Below, piece after piece: positions 12,127 through 27,079 of a DNA stretch of 46,287 bases. How positions within the stretch are numbered: the stretch's first letter is position 1; every line of letters begins with the position of its first letter. The notes under the pieces are model-generated. The model ran no database searches. It saw nothing but the letters and a program-made list of their open reading frames with translations, and was not told the DNA's origin. A program made the position numbers and the translations under genes. Source of the DNA: Proteromonas lacertae (taxonomy: Eukaryota). The DNA lies in the NCBI GenBank assembly GCA_002245135.1, contig NGBS01000044.1, forward strand, positions 1 through 46,287, read 5' to 3'.

Positions 12127-14807
12127 TTAAGAATCTATTTTAGCTTTCTTTGTCTTTATTCTGTTGGTAATAAAATGTCTTTTTGTTCCTCTATTGTTTA
12201 TAATTGATGAAATAATTGGAATCTTTTCCTTAAATTTACTTTTATTATTCTCTTCTTCATGAACAAATGGATTTACATTCCTTCTTACTACTGGAGATGG
12301 TTCATCTAATATATTTCTGGTATTATTATTTGATGATACTTCAATTTCATAATTGTTGAGTAATTTATCAACAGTGATAGGTATTCTATGATAAAAGCAT
12401 TTATATATTTCTTCCTAACAAAGTATTATATATATATATATATACTGTCAAAAAAGAAGTAAGTTGTTTTGATTGACATTTAATAGACATAGAAAAAAGA
12501 ATATCATTTACTACATCATAATCCTTTATTGGATCTTTTGAACTATAATATCCATACAGTAAAATAAACATTAAACAAACTTACATTGTATCAATTTTAA
12601 ATATAAAAAAATGATATATAATCTTAACAATATTTGCATTTTATATTCTCTCAAAACATCAATTCCTTCTGTATGGCATATCTTCTTGTGGTTCATATTC
12701 AACTGAGCTTTATCTAAAAATACATCTTTGATCATTGTTTGGATTGTTTTGTTTTCTTTTTCATCTTCCATATCCAAAGAACTAAAACAATTAGGAATAA
12801 TATTGTTAATAAATTCAATTAATGATAATGATTGTGACTTTAAAGCATCATTATATAACTGTTTAAAACTATTCTCTTTTGCTTTTTCTGTTTCATTTAC
12901 TACTTTTTCAATAGATGATTCCGTTGGTTTTGATAATTCTTTTTTATATTCTTGATAATATAACATTATTTCTTTCTCTAATGTATTTTCTTCTGATTGA
13001 GAATTGATTTGGTTTGAGTGATTTGATTTGCAGTATAATTCATCAAGATAATATGGATTAAATGAATTTAATGCTATAGAATCTTGATAAACAGTATATT
13101 CTGATGAAGAGTCTAACGAAATATCAGTATCTCCATTATTGTTGTTGTATGGAGTATTACTCTGAAATAAATCTTTTGAAAACAGTGGTAATTCATCTAT
13201 AATTAATACTATTAACAAATACTCAGTTTAAAACAATCATTATCTGAAAAACCATCATATTTTCTATGCAATATACTATAGTATTATAATTAATACTCAA
13301 TATGTAAAACTGAAGAAACAGTTGAAGGAAATTTGATAATACCTACAGATTGATATAAAGGAATATAATAACATTCAAATGTTTCAGAATTCTATAACAA
13401 TATTAGAATATAACAATTCATTATACATAATCAAATGAGAGATTCAATACATATTTTCTATTGTATAAATGATGATTTAAAGAGATAAACTTGGAATTTA
13501 ATTCATTTCCATTAACTGTAACAAGAAATGACTATATATAAATATTATAATCAAATTGTGATAATTATTATACAATTGGTGAGAATAATATGTATGGAGG
13601 AATATTAATATTTAGCATTTCACCTTTACATTTCATCTTAGATGGAAATAAATTTCTATTTTCTTCTGATAATGTTGATGTAAAAGGATAGAACACAATA
13701 TCCATCAATTCTGAATCATCATTTTTCACAATTGTTATTTCTTTTATATATTCCTTTTCATTAATATTTTCATGTTGCTTAGTATTGATATAATAATTAA
13801 AAACTGATTTTGTTCCATATATTATAGAATCATTGATAAGTTTGGATATTGGTATAAATACATAATTGCTATTACACAAACTATTCTTTATTATTTCATA
13901 ACTACAATTTTTCGGTTGATAAATATCTAAATATATCCAAACCACTGTAGTTGTTAATTGTGAAAAAGAAAAAGACTTTTTAACACCTACATTTAGATTA
14001 TAATTAGTGAAATATACTTTCAGATATATTATCTCCTTCATTTTTATCTGGATAATATTTCTATTGATTATAGCATAAATATTTACATACTTCAATAATC
14101 TTATCACAAGGTAATAATGTAAATAACAACAAATAGTCTTTTGTATTACTTGTCACTTCTGTTCTTGTGTTTGAACAAGTCATTTTAATTATTGTGTTTT
14201 GAATAGATTCTGTTAATATTCTACAACTTTCTTGATTGAAATAATCAAAATACTATTATCATTTACAAACTAAAGATATATATCATACAGATAATTTCAA
14301 TGTCTTGGAGTAATTGCTATTACAATAAACACATTTTCTTATATTCTCAAAGTTTTGAGTGAATGAAGTGAATGTTGCTGTACCTATCATCTATTTCATT
14401 ATATTACCTTAAATAATATATACATCAAAGTCATTAATCATATTCTTTGATAAAATAGCATTATTTGAAACAAGCCACTTCTCAAAATTTGAACAATCAT
14501 GTTTTAAAGTATATCTTCCGTCAAATATTCTATATCTATTATTCGATGTATATATAAACCAATTCATACTGCCATTGATTCACAATATCATCAGACAAAA
14601 AATACAGTAAAGATCTAATTGTTGACATGAATATTGTGTTTGAACATTCCATCCACTACAAAATAATATCATGAAAGTATATATATATACACTCTCTTTA
14701 TCAATACAACTAAAAACACCTACATCTATTACTACAGATATATAATTTGAAGTTGATATTTGGCTAAACAAAATTTAAAATCTGGATAAATACATTAGAC
14801 CATTCAT
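12127..14807 (-). CDS. TICRR: Treslin/TICRR (Sld3)-like replication initiation factor, multi-exon
   Basis: N-terminal ISVVIDVG...RSLLYF...WQYRIFDG resembles the Treslin N domain. LREYKMQILLRL and LTSFLTEEIYKCFYHRIPITV resemble the Sld3/Treslin domain, followed by an SP site. Confidence 0.6.
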
Positions 14808-14924
14808 GTTTATAATACTCCGATTTTTGAATTATAAAAAATATAGTCGTTTCAAGTATATTTATCTTTCATTTTTTTCATCATAACAGAAAATTTTAAA
14901 AATAATAATATGAAATATTAATAT

Positions 14925-16478
14925 TTATCGATTATTTATTTGATTTAAAATAGAATTAGGATTAGAGATATTTGATGATATGTAATTGGTGATTAGAGAT
15001 TTATTCTTTATATATTTGGAGTTTAACAGTTCTACAAGTATTTCACTTCCATTCATCTTGTATAGGATATCGATATCTTCATTCAATTTACTAAAATACG
15101 AAGATAATTCTATCATTCGATTATTATTTATGTTTTTACTTCTATATTTTTCTTTTATTAAATCAATTATCCTTATTCTATCTTCCTTTGTTAATTTTTC
15201 ATATAATCGTATTTTGATTTTCTTTGATAATTTGAATATCACCAGTATTTCTATTGCACTTTTTGTTCTTTTTACTTCTTCTAATAACATATTAGACAAA
15301 TCAAGATGAATAATCTGTCTAATATCACTTTCATCATTTTCAAATATATCAATTCCGTTGTATTGATCATCATCTGCCACTATTATTTGATTAGATGGTG
15401 GTATATAGTTGCTATATCTTTGTTGTTGAAAACAAGTAACATATTGATAATCTTGAACAGGTTGTTGTGGTATAGGTATTTGATTTGTTGTACTTGGATA
15501 AAAGGATTAGGAGGAGGAGGTTGTTGAATTACAGGTTTTTGTTCTTCTATTTCATCTTTCATTAAACTCAATTCTCGAATACCTCTTCGAATTATTCGAT
15601 TAAGAATGTCATTTCCTGTTTTAGGTTCTTCTATTATAAATCATATAATATAAATAATATACCACTATATATTCGATTTTTAATTTCATTTTCATTTTTT
15701 CTTTTATACATCATATTCAGATCAATCAATTCCATATCATCAGGATTTATATCACCAATGTTGATCTCTTTCCAGTTCAATAATTTCATTGTTTCATCAT
15801 ATTCATTCTTTTCTTTTGATTGACTTATTTCATTATTTCGTCTCTTTTCATTATGATTCTTATAATGATTTAATATCTTATCCAACAAATATTTCTCATT
15901 TGGAACTAGTAAATTATCAATAGAGATTATGAATTTTAAATCATTAATCAATAGTGATTTTAATATCATTTCATCATTTAAGATTTCACAACAGTTGATT
16001 TGAATGAAATCTTTTAATGACAATTCTATATCATCCATATAGTTCTTTGGAATTAAATATAGCATATTCAGTATATTTATTACTAAATTCTTACTCGGAT
16101 GAGTTTTTATATATCTCAGACAAATATTCATCATTTTTTGTTCATCTAAACAAATACAACACTTTAATAACTCACATACATTCTCCTCATCAATTTCTAT
16201 TGTTCCATATCCATAATAACATGATAATAACAAGAAAGCTCTTTTAGTTATTTGATCAGGAAGTGTAATTTTCGATTCAGCTTTTGGATCTTGAATTATT
16301 CTTCTTAACCTCTCATTAGAATGACACATGAACAAGGAAATAGATGGAATTTCTTCTTTTTCAGCGATAAAGACTAGATCAGAATATCCATCCTTTATCA
16401 TTGTTTCAATTATTCTATCGTGCAACAAAATAAATAATAATCATACCCATATTCTCCACAACCTTTTGTAACCTTCAT
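14925..16478 (-). CDS. BTB/POZ(-BACK) domain protein, copy 2 (one apparent 1-nt deletion near 15500)
   Basis: Identical N-terminal protein to copy 1; Q/P-rich linker; homologous C-terminal domain IRQIIHLDLS...SKYIKNK. Confidence 0.82.
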
Positions 16479-16523
16479 ATTTTACTTTCAAATATTACAT
16501 GAAACGACTATATTTTTGTATTA
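15552..16523. repeat. Direct repeat A2 (copy of 5099-6070)
   Basis: Direct sequence comparison. Confidence 0.97.
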
Positions 16524-16563
16524 AGACAGTTTGTCAATTACTGATACAAGCAGACAGAATCTT

Positions 16564-18536
16564 ATGAATATGGATGAAGTATATTTATATATATGTATAA
16601 TTTATTACAATAGAGTGATGATAAAACGATACTTGATAGTTCAATAAATCTCTCTCCTGTTCACAGTACAATAATAGATGTATATGTTTTATATTGTATT
16701 AATTAGAATTCTGTTGATGATGGTTCTCTATCTTTTATAGTATATTAAGTAATGTAATAGAATTAGAATGAAAACTTTGATAGATTTTCTCAAAGTCAGA
16801 ATTTTCAAGATAAATCACTCAATAATACTGTGATAAACGATCTTCATCAATCTTCATCAACAGTAGAAATGCCTACTTCTGTTAATGTTTCTCTTGATTC
16901 TACTATTTCTCAAACTATGCCTGTATATAACGCTATATAATATTAAAATAAATAGCCACCATCTATTCGTCCAAATGATTCTCGTTATGGTTATGATGTA
17001 GATTTTATATTTGTTTATTGTTTGAATAGGTTAATAATGATACACATATGAGTTATGAAGCATTACCATCTTCAAGGAAGATAGAAAAGATAGATAAATT
17101 GAAGAATCACGAAATGGAAAGGGAGTTTGTTAAAAAGAATATATTGAATAATTTCAAAAGTAGTAATAACATACAAATATCAATTGATAATGAAGAACAA
17201 GAACCACCACAACTACAACCAACTCCACTACCTGAAGAGAATAATCACCCGTCAAGCGAAACTAATCAAAATGAATTAAATGAAGCTGAAATGAAGAGAA
17301 GAGAAGAAGAAGCAAAGTCAATAGGATTACAGAATAGAAATAGAGAATTGCAAAATGAGATTGAAAAGTTAAAAGAAGAGAATAGAAAGTTGGATGAGAA
17401 ATTAAATAAATCAAACCAAGAATTGAATAACTATAAATATAATTCAGTCTATCAAAATGCAAATGAAATGAAGAGATTAAAAGATGAAAATGAAAGATTA
17501 AAATGCGATTTGAATAATGTGCAGAAAAGATATGATGATTTAAATAATAAGAATTATGAAACTCAAAATAATCAAATTGCCGTATAAATATATAAAAAAT
17601 GTTATATATTATTATATCATAGATTAACAATGAGAATAATCAATCATCTTATTCACAAATGCTTTACCTGAATGAAGAGAATAGTCGAATAAAAACAGAC
17701 ATAAATGTGTTGAAAAGTAAAGATCTAGAGCAACAGTATGTTATGAAGAGTAGATATGAAGAGCTAAAATCTCAAAGATTTGGAAACAAAAATGGAAATG
17801 AAATGTCAATAAACAGAGAAGATTATATAAAACCATCTACATCTTCTACATATGATTCTACATATTCATCATCATATAAATCATCATCACCATATAACCA
17901 AATTCAAACAGTTAATAATGAAATTGCAGAAATTAAGAATCAATGTATATAAATAATAATTCTTTTTTTTATAGTGAATGAACTACTGAATTGTTATAAA
18001 GAATTGAAATATCAGTATAGTATTCTTCAACAGCAACTTCAACAACAGCCACAACAATCATTTATTCCATCAAATGTAGAGAGATTTATGAATAGAACTG
18101 CAATTCCATCATTTAATAATAATAATAATGAAGATAATGATAATGAGGATAATATATCATATGTAAAAACTGATCTATCTGATGATGATTATGATATTAA
18201 TAATGACAATCATCATCACAAACATAAACATAATCATATTCATAGATATAACATTACAAAAGAAAAAAATCACAAAATCAGTATAAATATGATCTTTATT
18301 AATTAGAAGTAATACATATACAACATCCTGTTCCTTCACTTAAGGATTTAGGTGATGATGTAGAGGATCCATACATTTTGCCTTATGAACTAAGAATGAA
18401 TCAATTTACCAGTCCAATAAAACCTCAATTTTATAGAAACACTATATCTAATAACACATTGGACATGGAATACGAGAGAGTGAAGAAATTATTAGTAAAA
18501 TATGATAAAGTAGTAGCTAATTTAAAGAAGAACTAA
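16564..18536 (+). CDS. Coiled-coil protein of unknown function, multi-exon
   Basis: ORFs 17048-18306 joined by ~30-nt GT-AG introns; heptad-rich E/K/N segment; stop TAA 18534-18536. Confidence 0.7.
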
Positions 18537-18636
18537 TAATTTATTGAATGTATTTTTAACTTTTTAAAATCTCTATTTTCTAAATCATTACCCCAAAACA
18601 ACAAAACTATGAAGAATAGATAAAATTTTTAACAAT

Positions 18637-19495
18637 TTAAAGAAATGAAGATAACCAGTTGAATGCTATAAAACATAAAATAACATATCATTAAAAATAC
18701 CTTCTGGATAACCTAATTGTTTCACTACAGAAGTCATAAATACTTCAACAGGTCTATGACCTGGTATTTTTGTTGAATTCTAAATCACAATAAACGAAAT
18801 ATAATCTATACTTTCACATCTTTTCCAAATGTTTCTGTAATTCCCAAAGCCATTCTCAATTCATCTTCAGAAGCAGCATCTATGCATTAGTATGAATATT
18901 TTCATACTTGGTAAATCAATCTTATTACCTAAAATTACAAAAGGAACATCATATAAAATATCACTGGCTAATAAATGCTATTAATAATAATAAATAGAAT
19001 AAATATGAGTAATACATTTAATTCTTCTTTAGCTTCTGGGAATCTTTCTCTTTCAGCAGCATCTACTATGTAAACAACACCACTAGTTTCAGCAAAGTAT
19101 TCTCTCCACAATTCTCTTGCTATTATTTTATTAAATAAACGTCAAATTAACTATACCTGTTTCGTGACCGCCTAAATCGAAAGTTCTGAATTTAATTTGG
19201 CCTATTACTAGTTCTTCTGCATCTAAAATCAATAAAATATCATGAAAAATACTTGGATGAATTGTAGGTTCTGAAACACGCAATCTGTTATCTCGAAGCA
19301 TATTTAGAAGTGTAGTTTTACCAGCGTTATCCAATCCCAAAAATAATAACTTTCCAGATTTATAGTATAAACCTAAAATATAAAATAAGCGACAGAAGAG
19401 GTGAAAATTAAGAAGAAAAATAACAAAAAATGCAAGTAATTGCTATTCATACCTAGATAAGACAAAACATTAAAAACCCAATCTATTAAAAACAT
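18637..19495 (-). CDS. SAR1: Small GTPase Sar1 (COPII)
   Basis: [51 protein letters not shown] and FNWLSSFL*. Confidence 0.97.
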
Positions 19496-19976
19496 AAAAA
19501 ATGACTTTGATTAGCTAAAATTCAATAAAATGAAAATAAAATGTTGATTAGGTAATCAAGCCTTATGTTTGATCAAAAAACATTTTCAATGAAAATTTTG
19601 GCTAATATATCATAAATCAAAAAAGTAGAAATTAGAATAAAAAGAAAAACATCTGCTAAATTGAAAGCCTTTCAAATTATTTGCATAAAAAATAAAAATA
19701 AAAGAAAAATGGCTAATTGAGGTTAGTACTTTATGTTTATGTAAAGAATACTGATTGTTTAATTCTGTGATAAAATAATTACAATCTGCAACTATCTGAT
19801 TACCGTTTGTGAAAAGAATTTTTTATCTAGGCTTGAGTGTTCGAAGCATTAAAATCTTGAAATAATCTGAAAGCTGATTGGCTGATTGTATCATTTTTAT
19901 ATAAATATCTTTATTATTTAAACCTGTATGATATACTTATATTGCCTGAACTTGAGTTTTTTAATACTATGATTAA

Positions 19977-20605
<629 letters not shown>

Positions 20606-20845
20606 ACACTATAAAATATAATTCTTTGCACTTGATTATATATTATTGGTTTTATGGGAATATTTTTGTTTTGATAATGTTGATTAAATAGAAATAAGAG
20701 GTGTATCTGCATGAAGCTAACTCTAAAGATAAATGTCCAAAATTGAATTCTAAAGAGAGTCGTTTTGGGGAGTTGGATTAATCTTTTTAAAAACGAATAA
20801 TTCACTTCCATAGTTATTATTCATATTTAGGAAACTCTATAAAAT

Positions 20846-23800
20846 ATGGGTAATAAACCAGGAAAAAACAAGGGATTAAATAAGGTTCATAACGTCAATG
20901 ATCAACCAGAATCCCAGCAACCTTCTCAAGGAATGTCTTCTCCTAAACCTGTTCAAACACCATCACCTGGAGTTAGTACACCATTGCCAGAACCACAGAC
21001 AGGCTTTGATGATCCAAATATTTCTAGACAAGGTGTTAAAGAAATGATTACACCAGTATATTGCATTATTTTAATTTCTAGGATGGAAGTTTTACAATAA
21101 GATATGCATGTCTAACACAAAAAGGTTATTATCCAGATGCACTAGATAAAGAAAACCAAGATAGTTTTTATTGTGATCCATCATTTGATTTAGCAAAAGA
21201 AGATAGTAAATCTAAAAGTTGTGCATTTTTCGGTGTATTTGATGGACATGGCAGTTTTGGAGATAAATGTTCAAGATTCTGTCGTGATACAGTATATAAT
21301 CATTCTATATAATAATATATTAATAGCTTGCTGGTCAAATCAAAAACCACCCAAAATACAGTACAGATTTCCTCACAGCCTACAAAGAAGCATTTGTCAC
21401 AACCAACCAATTACTACACGAACAAAGAAATAAAAAAGTAAACTCAATAGATGACACAATGTCAGGAACAACAGCCATTACCATCATGATGAGAGGTAGA
21501 GATATTTATGTTGGAAATGTTGGTGATAGTCGAGCAGTAGGTGCAGCCAAAGATGAGAATGGCAATGTAGTAGCCATCAGTCTCTCTATAGATCAAACAC
21601 CTTATCGAGAAGATGAATTACGAAGAGTTAAACAATGTGGCGCAAGAGTACAAACCTTAGATCAAATGGATGGTTTAAAGAATCCATTTGATGAATGTTG
21701 GGGTAAAGAGGAAGATGATGATGGAGATCCACCAAGATTATGGTTACCAGGTGAAAGATATCCAGGTACTGCATTTACTAGAAGTATTGGTGATGGTGTA
21801 GCTGAAACAATCGGTGTTTATGCTAATCCAGAAATACAAAAGAGATCTCTAACTAAAGATGATTTGTTTTTAGTGATATGTAGTGATGGTGTATTTGAAT
21901 TTATTAGTTCTCAACAAGTAGTAGATATTGTCAATCAATATGAAGATCCTATGTTGGCTTGTCGTGCCTTGATATCTGAAGCTTATCGTTTATGGTTACA
22001 ATATGAAATTAGAACGGATGATATTACTGCTATTGTTGTACAAGTATCAAATCTTAAATCAAAGTCACAATATAAGAAAGTATTAGAATCACCTGAACAG
22101 AGAATTCGTCCTGTACGTAAGAATATGTCAAGGGCAAAAGAAGTAGCAACTAAAGGAAATTGTAATGAACTTACTGAAGAAGAAGAGAATTATGTATTAC
22201 CTAAAGAATTCAGTGGTTTACCAGAAGAACATGAGATTATATCCAATGCAGTGAAATCTAACTTCTTATTCAAAAATCTTGATGAAAAGACTCAAAATGG
22301 TGTTATTAATGCAATGATTAAAATCAATGCTAAAGCTGGTGATATTATTATTAAACAAGGAGATGATGGTGATCGATTCTTTATTGCATATTCAGGTACT
22401 TATGATGTGTTAGTGTCTAGAGGTAATGATTCACCTCCAGTATGTGTTCATAAATATACAACTGCTAATAATCTATTCCCATCTTTTGGTGAATTAGCAT
22501 TGATGTATGGAAAACCTCGTGCAGCTACAGTGAAATGTTCAACGGATGGTATTTTGTTTGGTTTGAATAGAACTGCATTTAGATCGATTATTATGAAGAA
22601 TAAATCTGATCCTGTTATTAAAACACTAAGATCTGTGAATATATTAGAATCATTAACAACAGCACAATTGAGAAAACTATCAAGATGTTTGGCAGAAGTA
22701 TCTTATAAAGAAGGAAGTATATATATTATTATTATGTATTATTAATAGCTTATATATTACGTCAAGGAGAAGTAGGTAATGAATTTTTCATTATTCAATC
22801 AGGAGAAGTTGTTTGTAGTAAATCAGAAACACCAGGAGGACCAGAAAAAGAAGTAATGCGATTAGGTCCAAACCAATACTTTGGTGAAAGAGCATTATTA
22901 GGAGGGAAAGACTGTGAAAGAGCTGCAAATGTAGTAGCAACCACACCAGTACATTGCTTCCAATTAGGCAGAAAAGATTTTGAAGATATCTTAGGACCTT
23001 TACAAGAATTAATCAATAAAGATCGTGAAAAGAGAGAAAAGGATGCTGCCTTGAAATTAGAATTTGAAAAGAACCAACAAACCTTAGAATTAGATGATAT
23101 TAAATTGAATGATTTATTAACTTTAGCTTGTGTAGCAACCAGTGGAGTGAGTGTTTATAAATTAGTAAAACATTTAGATAAAGAAAAAATATATACATTA
23201 AGATCAATGCCTAAGAAATTCATACAAGATCATAAGTTAGAAGTAGCTGTAATGAGAGAAAGATCAATATTATATGAAATTAGTTATAAGAATAACTGTG
23301 TTCCAGGTACATTAATGACATTCCAAGATAGTGATTGTTTACATATTATAATGAACACATGTTTAGTAGGAAATATAAGATCATTGATAGAGAGTAATAT
23401 ATTGAATATTGTGTCTATTAAATACTTAGTTTGTACCTTAGTAACTGAGTTAGGAAGATTCCAAGAAATGGATTTATTATTCAGAGGAATTGATAGTACT
23501 TCAATGGGTTATAATGACTTAGGTAAATTGGTACTATTAGACTTTAAATACAGTAAAATCTGCAATGATAAGACATACACAATGTGTGGTACAGCTCCTT
23601 ATATGTCTCCACAGATGGTATCAGGTCAAGGTCATGATATGAGAGCAGATATTTGGGCTTTAGGTGTATTTATATATGAATTAGTAACAGGAGAAACACC
23701 ATTTGCTAAACCAGGTTATACTGAGATACAAATATATAAAAACATTACAAATCACAGTGGTTGTTTGACTTTACCAGAGAAAGTAGATCCTTTGATTACT

Positions 23801-24064
23801 GATTTGATTAATAAGTTAGTTGTATTAGAACCAAGAATGAGATTAGGTTGTACAGATGATGGCAGTATTGATGATATTAAATCACATCCATGGTTTAAAG
23901 ATACTGATTGGAAATCATATGAGAATGATAATATTGGTGATAGTCCATTATTAGCTATTAGTAATAGTTTATATCAGAATTTGATTAACGGAATTGGAGG
24001 AATTGCTTGTCCACTTATACCATCACCTGATAATCCAGATAATGCATGGTGTGAAGGTTTTTAA
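20846..24064 (+). CDS. PP2C - tandem cNMP-binding - AGC-like (pseudo)kinase fusion protein
   Basis: FFGVFDGHG, SGTTA, NVGDSRA and CSDGVFEF (PP2C); FGELALMYGKPRAAT and FGERALL...RAAN (cNMP); TMCGTAPYMSPQ and DIWALGV (kinase); three short introns. Confidence 0.93.
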
Positions 24065-24232
24065 ATTATCTTTTTTCACAAATATATTAATATTCTATTA
24101 TTATATTGTTATTATTATTTAGGAGAGGCATTTTCTATTATTGTAGTAGTATTAAAAAAAAAGTTATGATAATAATAAAAAATAAAATGATTAAAATTTA
24201 TTGTTTTTGGTTTATTTAAAAGAAAACAATAT

Positions 24233-25056
24233 TTACATATTTTCAATAAACTTCTTTATTCTTTCTACATCAGCAACTTTATAAATATATTCTGTTTCTT
24301 CAGTATTTACTTTACTACTTCCCATAAACAAATCTTTTCTTCTAAAAGTCATTTCACTTTGTTTTATTCCTCTTGCAGAACCGTGTATTTCTTTAACTCC
24401 TGTCTCTGTTATGATTTTGTGAATATTTTCTTCAGTTACACCACCTCCAGGCATTATTATTACTCTATTATTGGCTATTTGAACTAATTTCTTGATTACT
24501 GCTATTCCTTCTTCTGATGATTTCATCTATTTAAATTAACAATTATGTTTATACTGTTCCTGATGTTAATATTCTATCTACACCTAATTCTATACAATCT
24601 TCTACAGCTTTTTCTACATTACTAGACATATCTATAGCCCTATGAAATGTTACACTCATTGGACGTGCTAATTCAATTAATCTTTTTGTTTTCTCTTTAT
24701 TTACTGAACCATCTGGATTTAAACAACCAATTACAACACCACTAGTATTATAAATAATAAAAATTATATACTCAGCACCTGCTAATCTGCATGCACATAT
24801 ATCATTACACATAACTTCAAACTCTAAATCAGAATAATGAAAATCACCACCTCTAGGTCTTATAATTACATTAACTGGTATTTTCAAATGTTTTTTAACA
24901 GCAGCAATCATACCAAAACTTGGTGTTGTTCCTCCATCAACAAGATTATCGCACAACTATTCATGAAATGAAATTTAATACTTCCACTCTTCCAGCTCCT
25001 GCTTTTTCTGCATTTAGTCCAGATTCCAATGAGTCTATACACACTTCTAATAACAT
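24233..25056 (-). CDS. cutC: CutC family (copper homeostasis) protein
   Basis: MLLEVCIDSLES, LCDNLVDGGTTPS, IIRPRGGDF, TFHRAID, RILTSG and IMPGGGV. Confidence 0.95.
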
Positions 25057-25132
25057 TTTAAAATTATGGTTTAACGAAAAAATTAAGAATTTTCAATAAC
25101 CACAAATATTAAAAAAGAATATTAAATAATAA

Positions 25133-27056
25133 TTAAAGCTTTTGTATAGTTACTTTTGTTCTTTCTGAGATTTTGGAAGTTACTTGAGAAACTAGAAGAA
25201 ATAAAAATATATAAAATATACCATCATTCTTTGTTAGTTTGTTTGGATGGATTACAATCTTTGCAAACATACCACCGCTATTACCTTTGACCAAAGAATT
25301 AGAATTGATGATTAATGATCCATTGAAATGATAAACTAATTTATTCAATTTTGAAGATAACAACAACAAATCAGGTTGTGAAGTCATTGTAAGTTCATTA
25401 ATTCTAGTCAATTCAATAGCACTATCCCTACCGCCAGGATATAATGGATAAAAACTATGTTGTAGAATCAATTGTTCAGCTGCTTTACATATACCACTTA
25501 CAGATACTTGATCATTTTTCTTCAGTGAAACAGGAATTAAATCACTTAATATGTCATTCGTACTAATACCAATCTTTACATCGTTTATAGAAAACATACA
25601 TGGGTTTGAAAAGCAATGAAAATTCTCATTATTTTTCAAACCATTTTTAATTGCTTGAGTGAAATCAGGTTGTGGATAAACTCTATCAAAACTAATATCA
25701 TTCAATGAAGGTACTAATATAACTTGAATAGATGTATTATCTAACAATCGAGCAAACTTTGGAAATATAAAATCATTTAAGAATGAATGAACAGTAACAT
25801 ATTCACCATTAATAACAACATGTCCCATCTCAATTAAGTGATTATTTCTATCAATAAATGGACCACTCTATTATTCATATTAAATTAATAATAATTATAA
25901 TAATAAATACAAATATAGCAACATCAGGTTGTGGTTTACTATTTAATATTTCTTCAATATAATTATCCAATGGTTTATAATCTAAATCATCTATTAATGA
26001 ATATGGACCATTAGAATAATAGATTAATAATGGTTCATTATCTAAATTCTGATTATATTCATTAACTTTCTCAACATTGTATAATGTCGGTGTATATAGA
26101 CAATTCACTATATTATTCACTACAAATGATCTTCCATTAGGAGTTGTTCCTTTTGCACAAATAATTTGACCAGGGAATAAATTATAACTCTTTAATGGAG
26201 AAATATCTAATTTCATTTTACATCCACTACTTTCATTTCTACTTCCTTCAATATATATATTATTTGGATTTAATTTTCCATCTTCATTTGTAAAGATTCT
26301 TCCACATATTGTCACTTCTTCTTGGTTTAATTCACCTACTGGAGTAAATTCAATTCCTTGATTTACCCATAAATCATGTCTATATTGTATATATTTATCT
26401 AACTCTTCGGCTCGATCTATCATTGAAGAATACATATATCTGTATAGAGTTAATACTTTATCATTTTGAATTTCACATCTTATTCTATCCAATGAAAAGG
26501 ATGGATTCGGATCTGATAATTCTGGATGATATTGCATTACTATAACACCTGAATCTGTTCTATTTTCATAACCTATTGATGATGGCGAAGCAAATGTTCT
26601 AAATGATTAGTACAAAAAGTAATAATACTCAGGAGATAAATTATGTAATGTTCCTGGACTCATATTTTCAACATCCATTTTCTTTCTTGGGGTTTCCATT
26701 AATGATGTTGTTGATTGTCGTTTTGTAGGTGTTATCAAGGGAGCAGCTTTTGGTTTGGATTTAGTTTTGCTTCTTTCTTTCTCAATTTCCTATTTTACTA
26801 ACAAGAATAATTCATACAGCTTTTAAATATGATTCAAATTCATTAATTGATTCTTTTGATATGCATGAATGAGGATCTGCATTTTTATTAATAGCAAAAG
26901 CTTCCCATGAGTTAATAACCTCTTCAAAGTCAACAGGATATGAATTACATAAACTTTCAACTATTTAATAAATATATACAAATATATGATACACTGACTT
27001 ACATAATCTTGGTCTACTTCAGTAAAGTATTGTTTAATTTCTTCAGAAACTGACAT
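25133..27056 (-). CDS. POLA2: DNA polymerase alpha subunit B
   Basis: YRYMY, ICGRI, IEGSR, LFPGQII, GPYS, GPFID, LVPSLND, YPQP, FYPLYP and PDLLLLSS. Confidence 0.92.
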
Positions 27057-27062
27057 AAAAAG

Positions 27063-27079
27063 TTTCGCGCCAATTCAAA
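27063..27079. promoter_or_regulatory. E2F site plus CHR-like element (TTTCGCG-CCAA-TTCAAA) in the POLA2/PSMB1 bidirectional promoter
   Basis: Canonical TTTCGCGC, 4-nt spacer, then TTYRAA; directly upstream of a replication gene. Confidence 0.65.

Noticed and set aside
14826..14831. CHR-like TTTGAA upstream of the Treslin-like gene
   Set aside because: Too common in such AT-rich DNA without an adjacent E2F site
19690..19890. snRNA/snoRNA in the SAR1-ARF1 spacer
   Set aside because: Only short, unconvincing matches; no clear Sm site with stems or paired C/D boxes
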